A stretch of 64,000 nucleotides of DNA, taken from contig CAVRAG010000007.1 in NCBI GenBank assembly GCA_963718895.1, forward strand, positions 803,515 through 867,514, written 5' to 3'. Positions 9,336 through 19,692 of this stretch are shown one piece after another. Below the pieces are notes generated by a model. That model was given only the letters and a program-made list of their open reading frames with translations. It had not been told where the DNA came from and did not search any database. Both the position numbers and the translations under genes were made by a program. The number at the start of each line of letters is the position of its first letter. The first letter of the stretch is position 1. The stretch comes from an uncultured Nitrososphaerota archaeon. Its GTDB lineage: Archaea > Thermoproteota > Nitrososphaeria > Nitrososphaerales > Gagatemarchaeaceae.

Positions 9336-10277
9336 ATGCGAGCAGCACAGTTTAGCAGGTACGGCGGACCCGAGGTAATCGAGTTCAACGCTACCGCAGT
9401 TCCACCTAGGGTCAAGGAGGGACAGGTGCTGGTGGAGGCCCACGCGGCTTCGCTCAACCCGGTAGATTCGGCGGTCAGGGCAGGCTACATGAAGGCGATG
9501 CTGCCGCTGACTTTCCCTGTGACCGTTGCGGGGGATTTTGCGGGCGAGGTGAAGGAAGCAGGACCCGGCGTCACGGCTCTGAAGCCCGGTGACCAGGTCT
9601 TCGGCTTCGCCCCGGTCATCGTGGGAGGCTCTGGCGCTGCTGCGGAGACCATTACGTCGAACGCCCTGATGTCAGCCCGCAAGCCAGTCTCGGCCAGCTA
9701 CGCTGAGTCAGCGGCGCTGCCCCTCGCGGGTGTCAGCGCGGTGCAGGCGCTGGAGGACCACATGAAGGTCGCGCCGGGGCAGAAGGTCCTGGTCCAAGGT
9801 GGAGCTGGAGGCGTGGGCTCTTTTGCCATCCAGTACGCGAAGCACCTCGGCTGCCATGTCGCGACCACGGCGAGAGGGGCCCAGGAGGAGTTCGTCCGCA
9901 GCTTAGGCGCGGACGAGGTCATCGACTTCGAGCTAAGGGGGTTCGACACGATCATCAAGGACTACGATGCCGTCCTCGACACCGTCGGAGGTGAGGTCTA
10001 CAAGAGGTCCTTCGCAACTCTGAAGAGAGGTGGGGTGCTCGCGTCGCTGGTGCAGAATCCGCCGGACCAGGAGCTGGCCTCAAAGTTCGGCGTCAGGTCG
10101 GTCTATGTCTCCGCACAGCTCAACACCCCCGCTCTTAATCATCTGGCCTCCCTCGTCGATAAGGGCGCCCTCAGGTCGAAGATAGACAGGGAATTTCCAC
10201 TGGACCAGACTCGTGAAGCCTACGCCCATTTCGAGAACGGTCACCCCAGAGGCAAGGTAGTCGTCAGAATCAGATAA
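9336..10277 (+). CDS. NADP-dependent quinone oxidoreductase (MDR family, no Zn ligands)
   Basis: Motifs AASLNPVD, VLVQGGAGGVGSFAIQ and GHPRGKVVV. Confidence 0.9.
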   Translation: MRAAQFSRYGGPEVIEFNATAVPPRVKEGQVLVEAHAASLNPVDSAVRAGYMKAMLPLTFPVTVAGDFAGEVKEAGPGVTALKPGDQVFGFAPVIVGGSGAAAETITSNALMSARKPVSASYAESAALPLAGVSAVQALEDHMKVAPGQKVLVQGGAGGVGSFAIQYAKHLGCHVATTARGAQEEFVRSLGADEVIDFELRGFDTIIKDYDAVLDTVGGEVYKRSFATLKRGGVLASLVQNPPDQELASKFGVRSVYVSAQLNTPALNHLASLVDKGALRSKIDREFPLDQTREAYAHFENGHPRGKVVVRIR

Positions 10278-10437
10278 GCAGGGCAGGACGGTTCCACGAA
10301 CTCGTCCTTCTAGCCGGGCAGAATCGATGGAGGAACAACTGAGCCGTAGGGCCCCGTACATCTTCTTCTGCAGAGGCCACTTTGTACCAGCACCACCCTC
10401 GTTGCCAGGGTCCGGGGACGAAGACGTATGTCTCCAT
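10270..10437 (-). pseudogene. Remnant of an alpha/beta-hydrolase (methylesterase-type) gene
   Basis: Manual translation METYVFVPGPWQRGWCWYKVA resembles the family N-terminus (FVLVHGAWHGGWCWYKV), then the similarity is lost. Confidence 0.45.
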
Positions 10438-10532
10438 CGTGATCAGCGCCCTCCTTGATCTCCGAAGAAGGACCGGAGGATGTCAGTCTTCCCCTCCACA
10501 GCGCCTCGCCCTAGGATGCGTTGCCCCGGCCG

Positions 10533-11783
10533 CTAGATCTCTGTGTGGGCGACGTTGCGCCTGTTGAAGTAGGCGAATGTCCAGTCGAAGACCACGCCGA
10601 GCCTGCTTCGGGAGGTCGAGATCAGCGAAAGGTGCACCACCCTCCAGGCCATCCAGCCCAGGAAGCCTGACATCTTGAGCCAGCCGAGGTCGGCGATCCC
10701 GGAGTTCCTGCCCAACGACAGCATGAAACCCCTGTCGCGGTAGGCGAAGGGTTCCACCGTTCCTCCAGCCATAAGAGTGGGGAGCGCAGCGGCGAGCCAC
10801 TTGCCCTGCTGGACCGCGACCGACGCCGTCTCCGGCAGTCTCTTCCCGGTCTTCCTATCCAGGAGGTGGTCGATGTCGCCCAAGGCGAAGACCTCCGGGT
10901 GCCCGCTCACCCTCAGGAAGCCGTCGACTTTGACGCGCCCCCTCTCCTTGTCGACCTTCAGTGAATCGATGAGCGGGGCGGGCTTGACTCCGGCCGTCCA
11001 GAACACGTTCGCGGACTCGATCAGCTCCCCGTCCTGCAGAAGGACGCCCCGCTCGTTCACCTCGACCACCTTCGAGGAGGTCCGGACCTGGATTCCCCGT
11101 CGAGCGAGGAATTCGGTCGCCTTCCGGACTGCATACTCCGACTGGCCGGGCAGCACCGTGGGGAGTGCCTCTATCACGGTGACCGTTGGCCGTTCGGCTA
11201 TCTCGGGATAGTCCTTGGCCATGACCTTGACAAGGTCTCGGATGGACCCCACGAGCTCGACTCCAGTCGGCCCCGCGCCGATCACGACGTATGAGAGGAG
11301 AGCGCGTCGGGTCTCGTCCGACTTCTCGATGGCCGCCCTCTCCATCGACCCGATAATCTTGTCGTGCATCAGCTTCCCATCGTTGATCGTCTTGAGAGAG
11401 AGCGTGTTCTCAGCCACCCCCCTCACCCCAAAGTCGTTGTTCACCGAGCCGACGGCAAGTATCAGGTAGTCATAGCCCAGCTCCCCGAAACTGGTCTGGA
11501 CCGCCCTCGCGTCAAGGTCGACAGAGGTGACATCACCCTCCAGGAAGCGGAAACCTCGCGTCCTCGCCTGGGGCCGCACCGTCTGCGCAAGGTGGTCCAT
11601 GTCCACGACGCCCGTCGCGGTCTGGTAGAGCAAAGGTGTGAAGAGGTGGAAGTTCCGGTGGCTGACGAGGGTGACCTCCTCCTCGAGGTCCCTCCTCAGG
11701 TGGACGGTCGCGGCCATGCCCGCAAATCCGGACCCGACGATTAGTATCCGAGGCTTTGTCGGCTCGGAGGAGACCAAGGCCAT
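10533..11783 (-). CDS. ndh: Type II NADH dehydrogenase (NDH-2)
   Basis: Two Rossmann motifs (VGSGFAG, IGAGPTGVELVG), plus FTPLLYQ, WTAGV, VFALGD and AVQQG. Confidence 0.88.
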   Translation of the reverse strand: MALVSSEPTKPRILIVGSGFAGMAATVHLRRDLEEEVTLVSHRNFHLFTPLLYQTATGVVDMDHLAQTVRPQARTRGFRFLEGDVTSVDLDARAVQTSFGELGYDYLILAVGSVNNDFGVRGVAENTLSLKTINDGKLMHDKIIGSMERAAIEKSDETRRALLSYVVIGAGPTGVELVGSIRDLVKVMAKDYPEIAERPTVTVIEALPTVLPGQSEYAVRKATEFLARRGIQVRTSSKVVEVNERGVLLQDGELIESANVFWTAGVKPAPLIDSLKVDKERGRVKVDGFLRVSGHPEVFALGDIDHLLDRKTGKRLPETASVAVQQGKWLAAALPTLMAGGTVEPFAYRDRGFMLSLGRNSGIADLGWLKMSGFLGWMAWRVVHLSLISTSRSRLGVVFDWTFAYFNRRNVAHTEI

Positions 11784-11943
11784 ATCCGCGGGCCAAGAAA
11801 CGAGCGAATATCAATCGATTGGTCAAGCGGTCGCTGGGCGACTCAGCAAGGAGCCCACCCGCGCGACGGAGGAGGCAGACGCCAGCGACTCTGCTGTCCT
11901 ATTCGCGACAGCCTTATATGAAGCGCTCCCGAGTTTGCTCGCG

Positions 11944-12264
11944 ATGGCTCAGTATTCGTTCGAACACTTTGCCAAGGACTTTCCGGAACTAGCCTCTACG
12001 TACCTCGAACTCGTCGAGGCGCAGAGATCCCTGAATGGACTTGACGCGAAGACAAGACAGCTCATCAACATCGGAATCCAGACCGCCAACCGCAACCTGA
12101 GGGGCGTGAAGTACCACGCTTTTATGGCGAAGAAGGCGGGCGCCACGCGGGAGGAGGTCATGGGCGCCGTAGTCTTGAATCTCCACCTTCGGGGGGTCGG
12201 CGTCGTGCTCGACACGCTTCCGGTCGCCATAGCAGGATTCGAAGGCAAGAACGTCAAGCGGTAG
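11944..12264 (+). CDS. Carboxymuconolactone decarboxylase (CMD) family protein, no CxxC
   Basis: Sequence LDAKTRQLINIG...YHAFMAKKAGATREEV. CTTATAT box at ~11913. Confidence 0.85.
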   Translation: MAQYSFEHFAKDFPELASTYLELVEAQRSLNGLDAKTRQLINIGIQTANRNLRGVKYHAFMAKKAGATREEVMGAVVLNLHLRGVGVVLDTLPVAIAGFEGKNVKR

Positions 12265-12320
12265 AGCTGGATCGGGAAGCGCGGTCCGGAAGCGGTATCC
12301 ACGCGGCCCCTTCGACCAGT

Positions 12321-12740
12321 TTAGTCAGACACTGGCGCGTCGCGGGCCCTGGGCACGTCCTCCTGGACCATGGCCGTCATCACAATCGATATCATGACGT
12401 TCGGCAGGTCCACGCCGAGCTTGGCGACGGCCCTCGTGGGCGGACTCTCAGGAAAGTGCTTTGCGTAGGCCGCGTTCATCCGTTCAAAGTGCGCGGGGTC
12501 CTTGAGCAGGATCGTCACTCGCACGACGTCATCGAGGCCGGCTCCGGCGGCTCGGAGGATACTCGCGGAGTTGCGAATGGCCTGGTCGGTCTGCCCCTCT
12601 ATGGTCGTCGCGTCCACCTTCTTCGTGTGCGGGTCGATGGCCGTGATGCCCGACAGGAAGACCATGTTTCCTGACTTTATGGCTTGACTGTACAATGCCG
12701 AAAGCGGGACGTCCGAAGAGGATATGACCTCCATCCTCAT
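12321..12740 (-). CDS. ridA: RidA/YjgF family enamine/imine deaminase
   Basis: Motifs YSQAIKSGNMVFLSG, MNAAYAKHF and PPTRA (catalytic Arg present). Confidence 0.85.
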   Translation of the reverse strand: MRMEVISSSDVPLSALYSQAIKSGNMVFLSGITAIDPHTKKVDATTIEGQTDQAIRNSASILRAAGAGLDDVVRVTILLKDPAHFERMNAAYAKHFPESPPTRAVAKLGVDLPNVMISIVMTAMVQEDVPRARDAPVSD

Positions 12741-12842
12741 GGCCCACCATTGTTAAGGAGGGGAGCTTATAGATTGTGGCAGCCGCCCGGTGAAGCCTCG
12801 GTCCGAACGGCGTCTCGCCGAGGAATTGACGGAAGTTGGTCG

Positions 12843-13671
12843 CTAGGGGTGGACCCGCATGGACAGATTCCCGCTCTCCCAGGGCTTCATCACGAGATCC
12901 CATGGTGTCACCAGGGCCTCCCTGCTCCGGATCACCAGGCAGTTGCCCCACTCGCTCTTCACCAGAACCGCCGCGGTCCTGAGGCTCGTCCGCGATCCGA
13001 CCTCGACTGGAGTCGTCCTGTCGAGCGAGCCTATCCGCGCCTCGAACGCGCTTCCCATGGGGCCCCCGTGAAAGGGTTCCAGGAGGGTGGGGTCGAAGAC
13101 CCGATCGATTATGGTCCTGTCGGAGACGTAGGTCCGTTCACCGGAGATGAAGACGGTCCTGTGCGAGAGCCGGAACATCGTGGTGAGAGCCTTCCGGACC
13201 GTAGTCTTCGCCGGCAAAGAGAATATCGGGCTGGACACGTCCTCGACCGTCAGGTCGGATGTGAACTGTCTTGTCTGGTACAGGCCGAGCAGGTCGTCCA
13301 TGGTTATGAGGCTGAAGCGCACCTCTCCGTCTACCATGCCGTTGACAATCGCAATCCCCAGCTTCCGCCTCTTGAGCGCCTCGAGGACCCCCTCGAGGTC
13401 GTCCTCCATTCCAAAGGACTCTAGCGTGCTCGACCCTTGCTCGCAGGGTCCTTCGAGGAACTTCTCGTAGGACTTTGGAGACATCTTCATGAGCTTGGGC
13501 AGGCTGGAGAACCCGGAGACGGCGCGGGTGCTGGTCGGGCCTTCATCGATCGGCACAGCGGAGATGTCGTTCATACGCAGAAGGTTGAGCACGCTCAGGA
13601 GCGGATAGGCAGGCTTGACCGAGGGGTACTTCTTCTCGAGGAGACGAGGAAACGCGTGATCCTATCTTCAC
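12843..13671 (-). CDS. Multi-CBS-domain protein (paralog 1), 1-nt frameshift near 13657
   Basis: The upstream frame gives VKIGS/AFPRLLEKKYPSVKPAYPLLSVL, matching the N-terminus of the paralog at 23214..24044. Confidence 0.75.
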
Positions 13672-13759
13672 AGCCTCACTCCTGTGGGGGCGGTTAATAA
13701 TTTAGTGCCAATGCGAAAATCCAGACCCTGAAGAGTTCGAGGAGGTGTACCGGCCCGGT

Positions 13760-14163
13760 AGAGTTGCTTTCGGAGGACGACTTCGGACATCTGGCTATCT
13801 CCAGGCTCGGCCCTGTGCCGGCGGCCCGAGATGACGCCCACCGCCAGCAGGATGATGCCCACCAGAATCAAGACGCGATGGCCAGGAGGCCGAGGAGGAA
13901 GAGGGCGAGCGAGGTCATGACTGACTGCGGGGCGTTGCTCAGTGTGTGAGTCTTGGCGGTCGGGGTCGGGGTGGCGAGGGTGGTGATTAGGGAGGCGGGG
14001 GCGGTATGTAGGAGATTGTGGTACTGGTTGAGTTCTGGCCTCCGGAAGATGACGTCTGGTTAGGTTGAGCGCTCGCGGACGATGGGGGAGCAAATGCAAA
14101 GCAGAGAGAGAACGCTATTGCGACCGTCAGGACGGCAATCTTCCGAGAATCTCTCGCCCACAA
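13760..14163 (-). CDS. Probable small secreted, C-terminally anchored Ser/Thr/Pro-rich protein (frameshifted, limits approximate)
   Basis: Three frames supply a signal-like VAIAFSLCFAFA, an S/T/P linker (ITTLATPTPTAK) and a TM segment (LALFLLGLLAI/VLILVGIILLAVGVI-RR). Confidence 0.4.
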
Positions 14164-14365
14164 CCCGACTCCAATTACCCGTCGACCTAGATGAGTGTTG
14201 AATCGGCTACTCGTCAACGCCAGAGGCGCCAGAAGCGACAGAGGTTTGCAGACAAGCTTCGTTCCATCCCTGAACAAGGTGAAGTGTCACACGGGCCCGA
14301 CCCCCGGCTGGGATGGGTGGTCCCGCAGTGGCACCAATTTATATCGGTCGAGATTCGTCGCACGC

Positions 14366-14851
14366 ATGAAGGAAGTGGTCTTCAGGCCCGTCGGGGTCGT
14401 TCACACAGACGCTTCGTCTGAGTCGATAAAGAGCAGGGTCGCGGGGATCAAGTCGATGGTCGAGGTCTTCCCCGAGTTTGAGCCCGCGCTGGAGGGACTG
14501 GAAGCGCACTCTCACATCTTTGTGCTGGCGTATTTCCATGAGCTGAGGCCTGAGCAGATAGGTCCGCTCAAGGTGAAACCGAAGGCGCTCCTTAGGTTCG
14601 GGGTCAAGGCCGAGAAGCTTCCCACGGTGGGGGTCTTCTCGCTCGACTCGCCGACGCGCCCCAATCCCATAGGCCTTGCGCTGGTCCCCCTCGAAAAGAG
14701 GGAGGGAAGGAAGCTGTTCGTCACCGGGCTGGATTTCTTCGACGGCACCCCTGTTCTGGACATCAAGCCCTACCAGGACAGCTATCGCGTCGACGACTAC
14801 AAGATGCCGGAGTGGCCGGCCAGACTGCTGCGGGAGGCCGGGCACGCCTAG
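14366..14851 (+). CDS. tsaA: tRNA m6t6A37 methyltransferase TsaA/TrmO
   Basis: Motifs FRPVGVVHT, LEGLEAHSHIFVLAYFH, GVFSLDSPTRPNPIGL and DGTPVLDIKPY. Confidence 0.9.
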   Translation: MKEVVFRPVGVVHTDASSESIKSRVAGIKSMVEVFPEFEPALEGLEAHSHIFVLAYFHELRPEQIGPLKVKPKALLRFGVKAEKLPTVGVFSLDSPTRPNPIGLALVPLEKREGRKLFVTGLDFFDGTPVLDIKPYQDSYRVDDYKMPEWPARLLREAGHA

Positions 14852-14947
14852 TCTCGACGCCACATCCGGTCCCGCGGCCAATTCAGGACCCGGCGAGCCG
14901 AGCGTCTCCTTTCGAGGGTCTGGGCCGGGGAAGGAAGCGATCAGCCC

Positions 14948-17190
14948 TCAGTACTCAGACAAGATTTCGCGAATCTCCTCCGTGGAGACGGGGATGGACC
15001 GTATCACAGCGTTCCTTCGTCTCGAGGATAGTGCGTTCTCTACGGCGTTCACGATGGCCGGCAAGGAGCCAATCGTCCCGGCTTCGCCGGCCCCCCTCGC
15101 GCCGTGAAGATGCTGTGACGTGGTCAGTTGAACGGGGGCGTGCGAGAACCTCGGTGTGGCCATGACCGAGGGCAACAGATACGAGCCGCTCAACCGGCCG
15201 TCCGGGTCGTACCCCACCCTTTCCTGGAGGGCTTCCCCTATGGACTGCACTATGCCGCCATCCACCTGCGACGTGAGTGCGGACCTGTCCAGGACAGTGC
15301 CAAAATCGTCGAAGGTCAGATGATGAACCACCTGGACCGAGCCGGTCGAGGGATCCACCTCCACCAGCGAGATGTGACAACCCGACGAGAAGGTGGAGGT
15401 CTCCGACCTGTAGGTCGCTTCCACGGCCACCTCGGACCCTAGCTCGCCAGCCGCTTGTGCGAAGTCGAGGTCGCGGCTCCTCCCGTCTTTGTACGTCTGG
15501 TGAAAGAAGCCAGCTCGGAACTTGACGGAGGTCGCGTCGCCGCAGGTGGAAAGAAGGCGCTCCTCTATCCGTTTGACAAGGGTCCCACAGGAGAGCATCG
15601 CCGCCGAACCGGCGTACGCGATGCTCCTGCTGGATTGCGTGCCCATCCCCGGTCGGCTGGTCCTCGTGTCGCCAAATCGCACCTCGACGGAGCCCCTCTT
15701 GGTGTGCAACCTGCTCGAGACGATGTTCGCCAGCGCCAGCTCGCTCCCCTGCCCCGTTGGGGCGACCCCGACGAAGAGGACGAGCTTGCCTCCCTTGGTG
15801 AGCTCCAAGCGGACCGTCTCCGCTGACGGAGGCGCCGACTCGGCGAGGTAGAACGACACCCCGAGTCCCTTCAGTCTCGGTCCCCTGGCTGAGGACGCCC
15901 GGCGAACCAGTGCGCGCGTCAGGCTCGACGTGCGGGCGGCCTCTAGCAGGTCCTCGAAGCGCAGCCTCGGTATCAGGACACCAAGCGGGCTCGTGTGGAC
16001 CGGCGAGTCGTCGCTAATCAGGTTCGTCCTCCTCACCGAGAATTGATCGAGTCCGAGCCTGCTTGCGATCTGGTTCATTACCCGTTCAAGGATGAAGGTC
16101 GCGATCGCGCCTCCCGAACCTCTGATGGTCCCCATCATCATCTTGTTTGTGGCGACGGCTTTGACACCGACGTGCACGTCCCCGATATCGTACGGGCCGG
16201 TGGCCATAGCCATCATCTGGTTGATTGCGGTCGTGCCTCGTCCAACCTCGTTCCCCGGCCGCTCCAGCGAGCCGCCGGCCGAACCGCTGAAGTAGGCGCC
16301 GGCATCAATGGTCGCTCGATCCTCGAACGCAAGGACTCTGCCAGAGACGTCATAGCCTACCTGGACTTCGTGTATCTCGTCGGGTCTGTGCCCTAGGGTC
16401 ACCAGCTTCTCTTCAGGGAGCGGTATCCACTTCACGTTGCGTCCCAGCCGCACGGAGACCAGGTAGGTGGCCAGATCCTCCGCGGCAGGGAAATATCTTT
16501 GAGCCGAAAGCCCCTCCGACCGCCGTCTGAATCACACGTACCGGCCTCGACCCCGTCGTGGAGTCGAGCAGGAACTGCTGCAGTTGATAGGGGGACTGGG
16601 TGGTGGAGTAGGCCACCGCGCCCCCGGGGGCTTGCTCGATTACTATCCCTCTCCCCTCAAGGGGGTATGCGGAGAGCCGGGGGAGGCTGAAGCGCAGCTT
16701 GAGCGTATGCGGCGACCTCCTCATCGCCGCCGAAGGGTTGCCGGCGCGGATTTCCTGTTCGAAGACGACGTTAGACGAGGCGGTCGAGAGCCACTTCTCC
16801 TTGTCCCTGATGGCTCTCGCGGGGTCCGAGACGACGGAAAGGTGTTCGTAGCTCACACGTATGCCATCAAGACCATCCTCGAGCGACGCCTTCTTGGAGG
16901 CGACCACCGCCGCGACCGGCTGGCCCTGGTAGACCACCTCGGACTCAGCCAAAGGATACTCCCGCCAGACCTTCGGAGCGAGGAGGTCCTGGAGATCCGA
17001 CCTGGTGAACACTCCGACGATGCCATCCGCCCCCTTGATCCCACTGGTTTCTATCTGCCTGATCTTCGCGTGGGCGAAGGGTCGATCTGAGAAACGCTAG
17101 GTGAAGCTGATCTCTGGCGTCAAGGTCCTCGACAAACGTGGCCGACCCCGAGATGTGCGACCGGAGCTCCTTCTCGGGATGTCTGACCAT
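14948..17190 (-). CDS. Xanthine dehydrogenase/CoxL-family molybdopterin-binding large subunit, split by two frameshifts
   Basis: Three consecutive ORFs carry SGSATFVEDL..LHLAFLRS, YQGQPVAAVVA, TTQSP, VGGAFGSK, GQGSE, SSRS, QVDGGIVQSIGEAL and RGAGEAG. Confidence 0.85.
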
Positions 17191-17291
17191 GGAAGAAGGG
17201 AGCCAGCGGCGGGGAGATAAGGTTAGGCCGGGCTCGAGACGGCCCGCCAGTGGGGTCGGCCCTTGGTCGTCGCCGATGGCTGCAGCGGGCG

Positions 17292-17639
17292 TCAGGCTCG
17301 GGTAATCTCGAGGATGCGGTTCGTCCTGTGCAGCTTCTGCCGGATGGTGGCCCTCACGAGTTCGCAGGCCTCGATGATCCTGTCGTCGGTTATGCTGTAG
17401 TAGATGTTCAGCCCGTCGCGCCTCTTGGCGAGTATGCCGAGCTGTCTGAGGATCGTCAGGTGCTGGGAGAGGTTCGCCTGCCTTATCCCGGTGGCACTTG
17501 CGAGCTCGCTGACAGACATCTCGCCTCCCTTCAGGGTGCTTATGATCAGCATCCGCTTGGGATGGGCCAGGCCTCTGCAGAACTCGGCCTGGATGTGGTA
17601 CAGCTCTGCCTCCGCGTCGCCGTCCTGTTTCTCCGGCAT
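17292..17639 (-). CDS. ArsR/SmtB family transcriptional repressor (putative sulfide/persulfide sensor)
   Basis: Motifs GLAHPKRMLII, ANLSQHLTILR and RRDGLNIYYSI. Two Cys residues. Last gene of the sulfur operon. Confidence 0.88.
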   Translation of the reverse strand: MPEKQDGDAEAELYHIQAEFCRGLAHPKRMLIISTLKGGEMSVSELASATGIRQANLSQHLTILRQLGILAKRRDGLNIYYSITDDRIIEACELVRATIRQKLHRTNRILEITRA

Positions 17640-17657
17640 CGCTCCATCACCCCTGTC

Positions 17658-18899
17658 TCAGCGGCTCTGGACCTGGGCCACCGTGGGCTTCCCCACGTCC
17701 TGCGGCTCGACCAGCGGAGTGCTGGTCTTGCCGAAGTAGAGCCCCATGAGCCACTCCATATTCCCCTTCATCGTTCTCCAGTACATCCGGGAGAAAGACC
17801 TCTTCATGTAGTACTTGACCATGGAGGGGCTCTGATCGGCAGCGGGCGAAGTGAACGTCGCCGAGACGAACATCGCCCGGTGCCTCCCTACCTCCATGGG
17901 GCAGTTTATCCTGCCGTTGTACTGCATGGATTCCGAAGAACCTCCGAGCCCGAGAAGGATGTTCTCGGCCACAACAGGGGACTGAAGATGCGCCACGACC
18001 CCTGATTTTGAGATCGGAATCGCCGTCGCGTCTCCGATGGCGAAGGCGTCGTCGTGTCCCTTCACCCTCATCGTACCCTTGTCGGCGGGTATCCACCCGT
18101 CTTCGTCGCCGAACCCGGAATTCCTAATCACGTCGGTTCCGTGGTGGGGGGGCACGGCTATCAGCAGGTCGTAGTCGACAGAATCCCCCTCGAGGGAGTA
18201 CATCTTGTGCGCAGCGGGGTCGACCGACTCGGCGTTGAAGAATGTCACTAGGTTGATACCTCTCTCCTCATACAGGGGCTCTATCACCTTTGAGAGCGTC
18301 TCCGCCGGGTACGGCCGGGGGTACGGGGTCACGAAGCTTATCTCAACCTTGTCCCTCAAGCCCTTCTTGCGGTAGAACTCATCGACCATGAACGTCGCCT
18401 CGTTCGGCGAGGGCGGGCACTTGTGTGGAACCCCTGCGATGGCTACCACGATCTTCCCGCTCTTGAACTTCTGAAGCGCCTCCCAGGTCCTCACAGCATC
18501 CTGGGGTCCCGTGTGGAAGTTGAACGACGCCTCCTTGAGGCCAGGCAGGCTCCCAGGGTCTGCGAACGCGCCCGTCGCCATTACTAGGTAATCGTAGCCG
18601 AGCTTCGTCCCGTCGGTCAAGGTGACGGCCCTTTCCTCGAGGTCTATCTTGGTTGCCGCTTCGTTTCTGAAGTTCACCCCCTTGAGGACCAGACCCGCCT
18701 CTGGCCTCATCAGCCCCTCGGGCGGATGTCCCTTGAACGCCACGTCGAGGTAGCCAGGCTGGAACGCGTGCTGCGCGCTTTCGCCGATGAGGTCGACGGC
18801 GGCCTCCCCTCGGTGGATCTTCTCTTTCAGGCTCTTGGCGAGGAGGTTCGCGGTCAGCGTGCCTCCGCTTCCAGACCCGACAACCAGCAGATGCTTCAT
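17658..18899 (-). CDS. sqr: Sulfide:quinone oxidoreductase-like flavoprotein
   Basis: Motifs VGSGSGG, KCPPSPNE, AIGDAT, KSGVVAH and INCPME, which supply the redox Cys pair. Confidence 0.85.
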   Translation of the reverse strand: MKHLLVVGSGSGGTLTANLLAKSLKEKIHRGEAAVDLIGESAQHAFQPGYLDVAFKGHPPEGLMRPEAGLVLKGVNFRNEAATKIDLEERAVTLTDGTKLGYDYLVMATGAFADPGSLPGLKEASFNFHTGPQDAVRTWEALQKFKSGKIVVAIAGVPHKCPPSPNEATFMVDEFYRKKGLRDKVEISFVTPYPRPYPAETLSKVIEPLYEERGINLVTFFNAESVDPAAHKMYSLEGDSVDYDLLIAVPPHHGTDVIRNSGFGDEDGWIPADKGTMRVKGHDDAFAIGDATAIPISKSGVVAHLQSPVVAENILLGLGGSSESMQYNGRINCPMEVGRHRAMFVSATFTSPAADQSPSMVKYYMKRSFSRMYWRTMKGNMEWLMGLYFGKTSTPLVEPQDVGKPTVAQVQSR

Positions 18900-18918
18900 G
18901 GTTCGGTCCCCAGTTCGC

Positions 18919-19167
18919 CTATCTGCCTTTCTTCGTTATCTTGACGAGCAGTCGGATGTGGTCCTTCTCGTCTATGATGTCGAGGAGTTCGTTCCCACTC
19001 TTCCTGCACCAGGCCTGCACGTCGGGCTTCGCTGCGGGATCCGTGGCTAGGAGCTCGATGATGTCGCCGATCTCGGCCTTCCTGTAGGCCTTGAAGAGGT
19101 CGGTTATCGGGCCAGGACAGGATGTGCCGCGCGAATCAACGATCTTGTGCTCTTGGACTATCGACAC
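18919..19167 (-). CDS. tusA: Sulfur carrier protein TusA
   Basis: Motifs DSRGTSCPGP and ATDPAAKPDVQAWC. Confidence 0.92.
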   Translation of the reverse strand: MSIVQEHKIVDSRGTSCPGPITDLFKAYRKAEIGDIIELLATDPAAKPDVQAWCRKSGNELLDIIDEKDHIRLLVKITKKGR

Positions 19168-19177
19168 TGTGGATCGC

Positions 19178-19681
19178 CTAGATGAAGATTATCTGCGCCT
19201 TGTCGCTCAGTTCGAGCATCGTCGCCGCACCTACGATGTCGTCGACCTCCGGCAGCAGCATCTCCTTGGTAGTGCCCATCACTTCCAGGGTGGTCGAGCA
19301 GGCGTGGAGCTTCACCCCAAGATCTTTCGCCGTCTTGATCATCTCGGGAATCGAGGGCACCTTGGCCTTTCCGATTCGGCCCTTCATCATGCTCGTGGCC
19401 ATGGACGTCATCCCAGGTATCATGCCCAGGATGTTCGGCATTGGGAGACCCGGGTTTCCGACGGAGGCGACCTTGAGGTTCGCCGATGTCTTCGTCGTAA
19501 CGGCGTTCATTCCCCAGAAGGTGAAGAACATGTGGACTTCCTTGCCCATGGTGGCCGCCGTGGTGGCTATCATGAAGGCGGGGTAGACCATGTCCAGCGT
19601 GCCCTTGGACAGGATTATCATCAGTCTCTCTACCTGTTGGGTCTCTGGCTCAGTCTTTTCCATCACTGTTTGTTGGCTCAT
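19178..19681 (-). CDS. DsrE2-type (DsrE/DsrF/DrsH-like) sulfurtransferase
   Basis: Motifs SKGTLD, FFTFWG, GVKLHACSTT and VGAATML. Confidence 0.9.
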   Translation of the reverse strand: MSQQTVMEKTEPETQQVERLMIILSKGTLDMVYPAFMIATTAATMGKEVHMFFTFWGMNAVTTKTSANLKVASVGNPGLPMPNILGMIPGMTSMATSMMKGRIGKAKVPSIPEMIKTAKDLGVKLHACSTTLEVMGTTKEMLLPEVDDIVGAATMLELSDKAQIIFI

Positions 19682-19692
19682 TCAGCTCACTT

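Noticed and set aside
14948-17190. Aerobic CO dehydrogenase (coxL)
   Set aside because: It lacks the AYxCSFR and AYRGAGR loops, and there are no coxM/coxS neighbours. Only the family-level call is supported.
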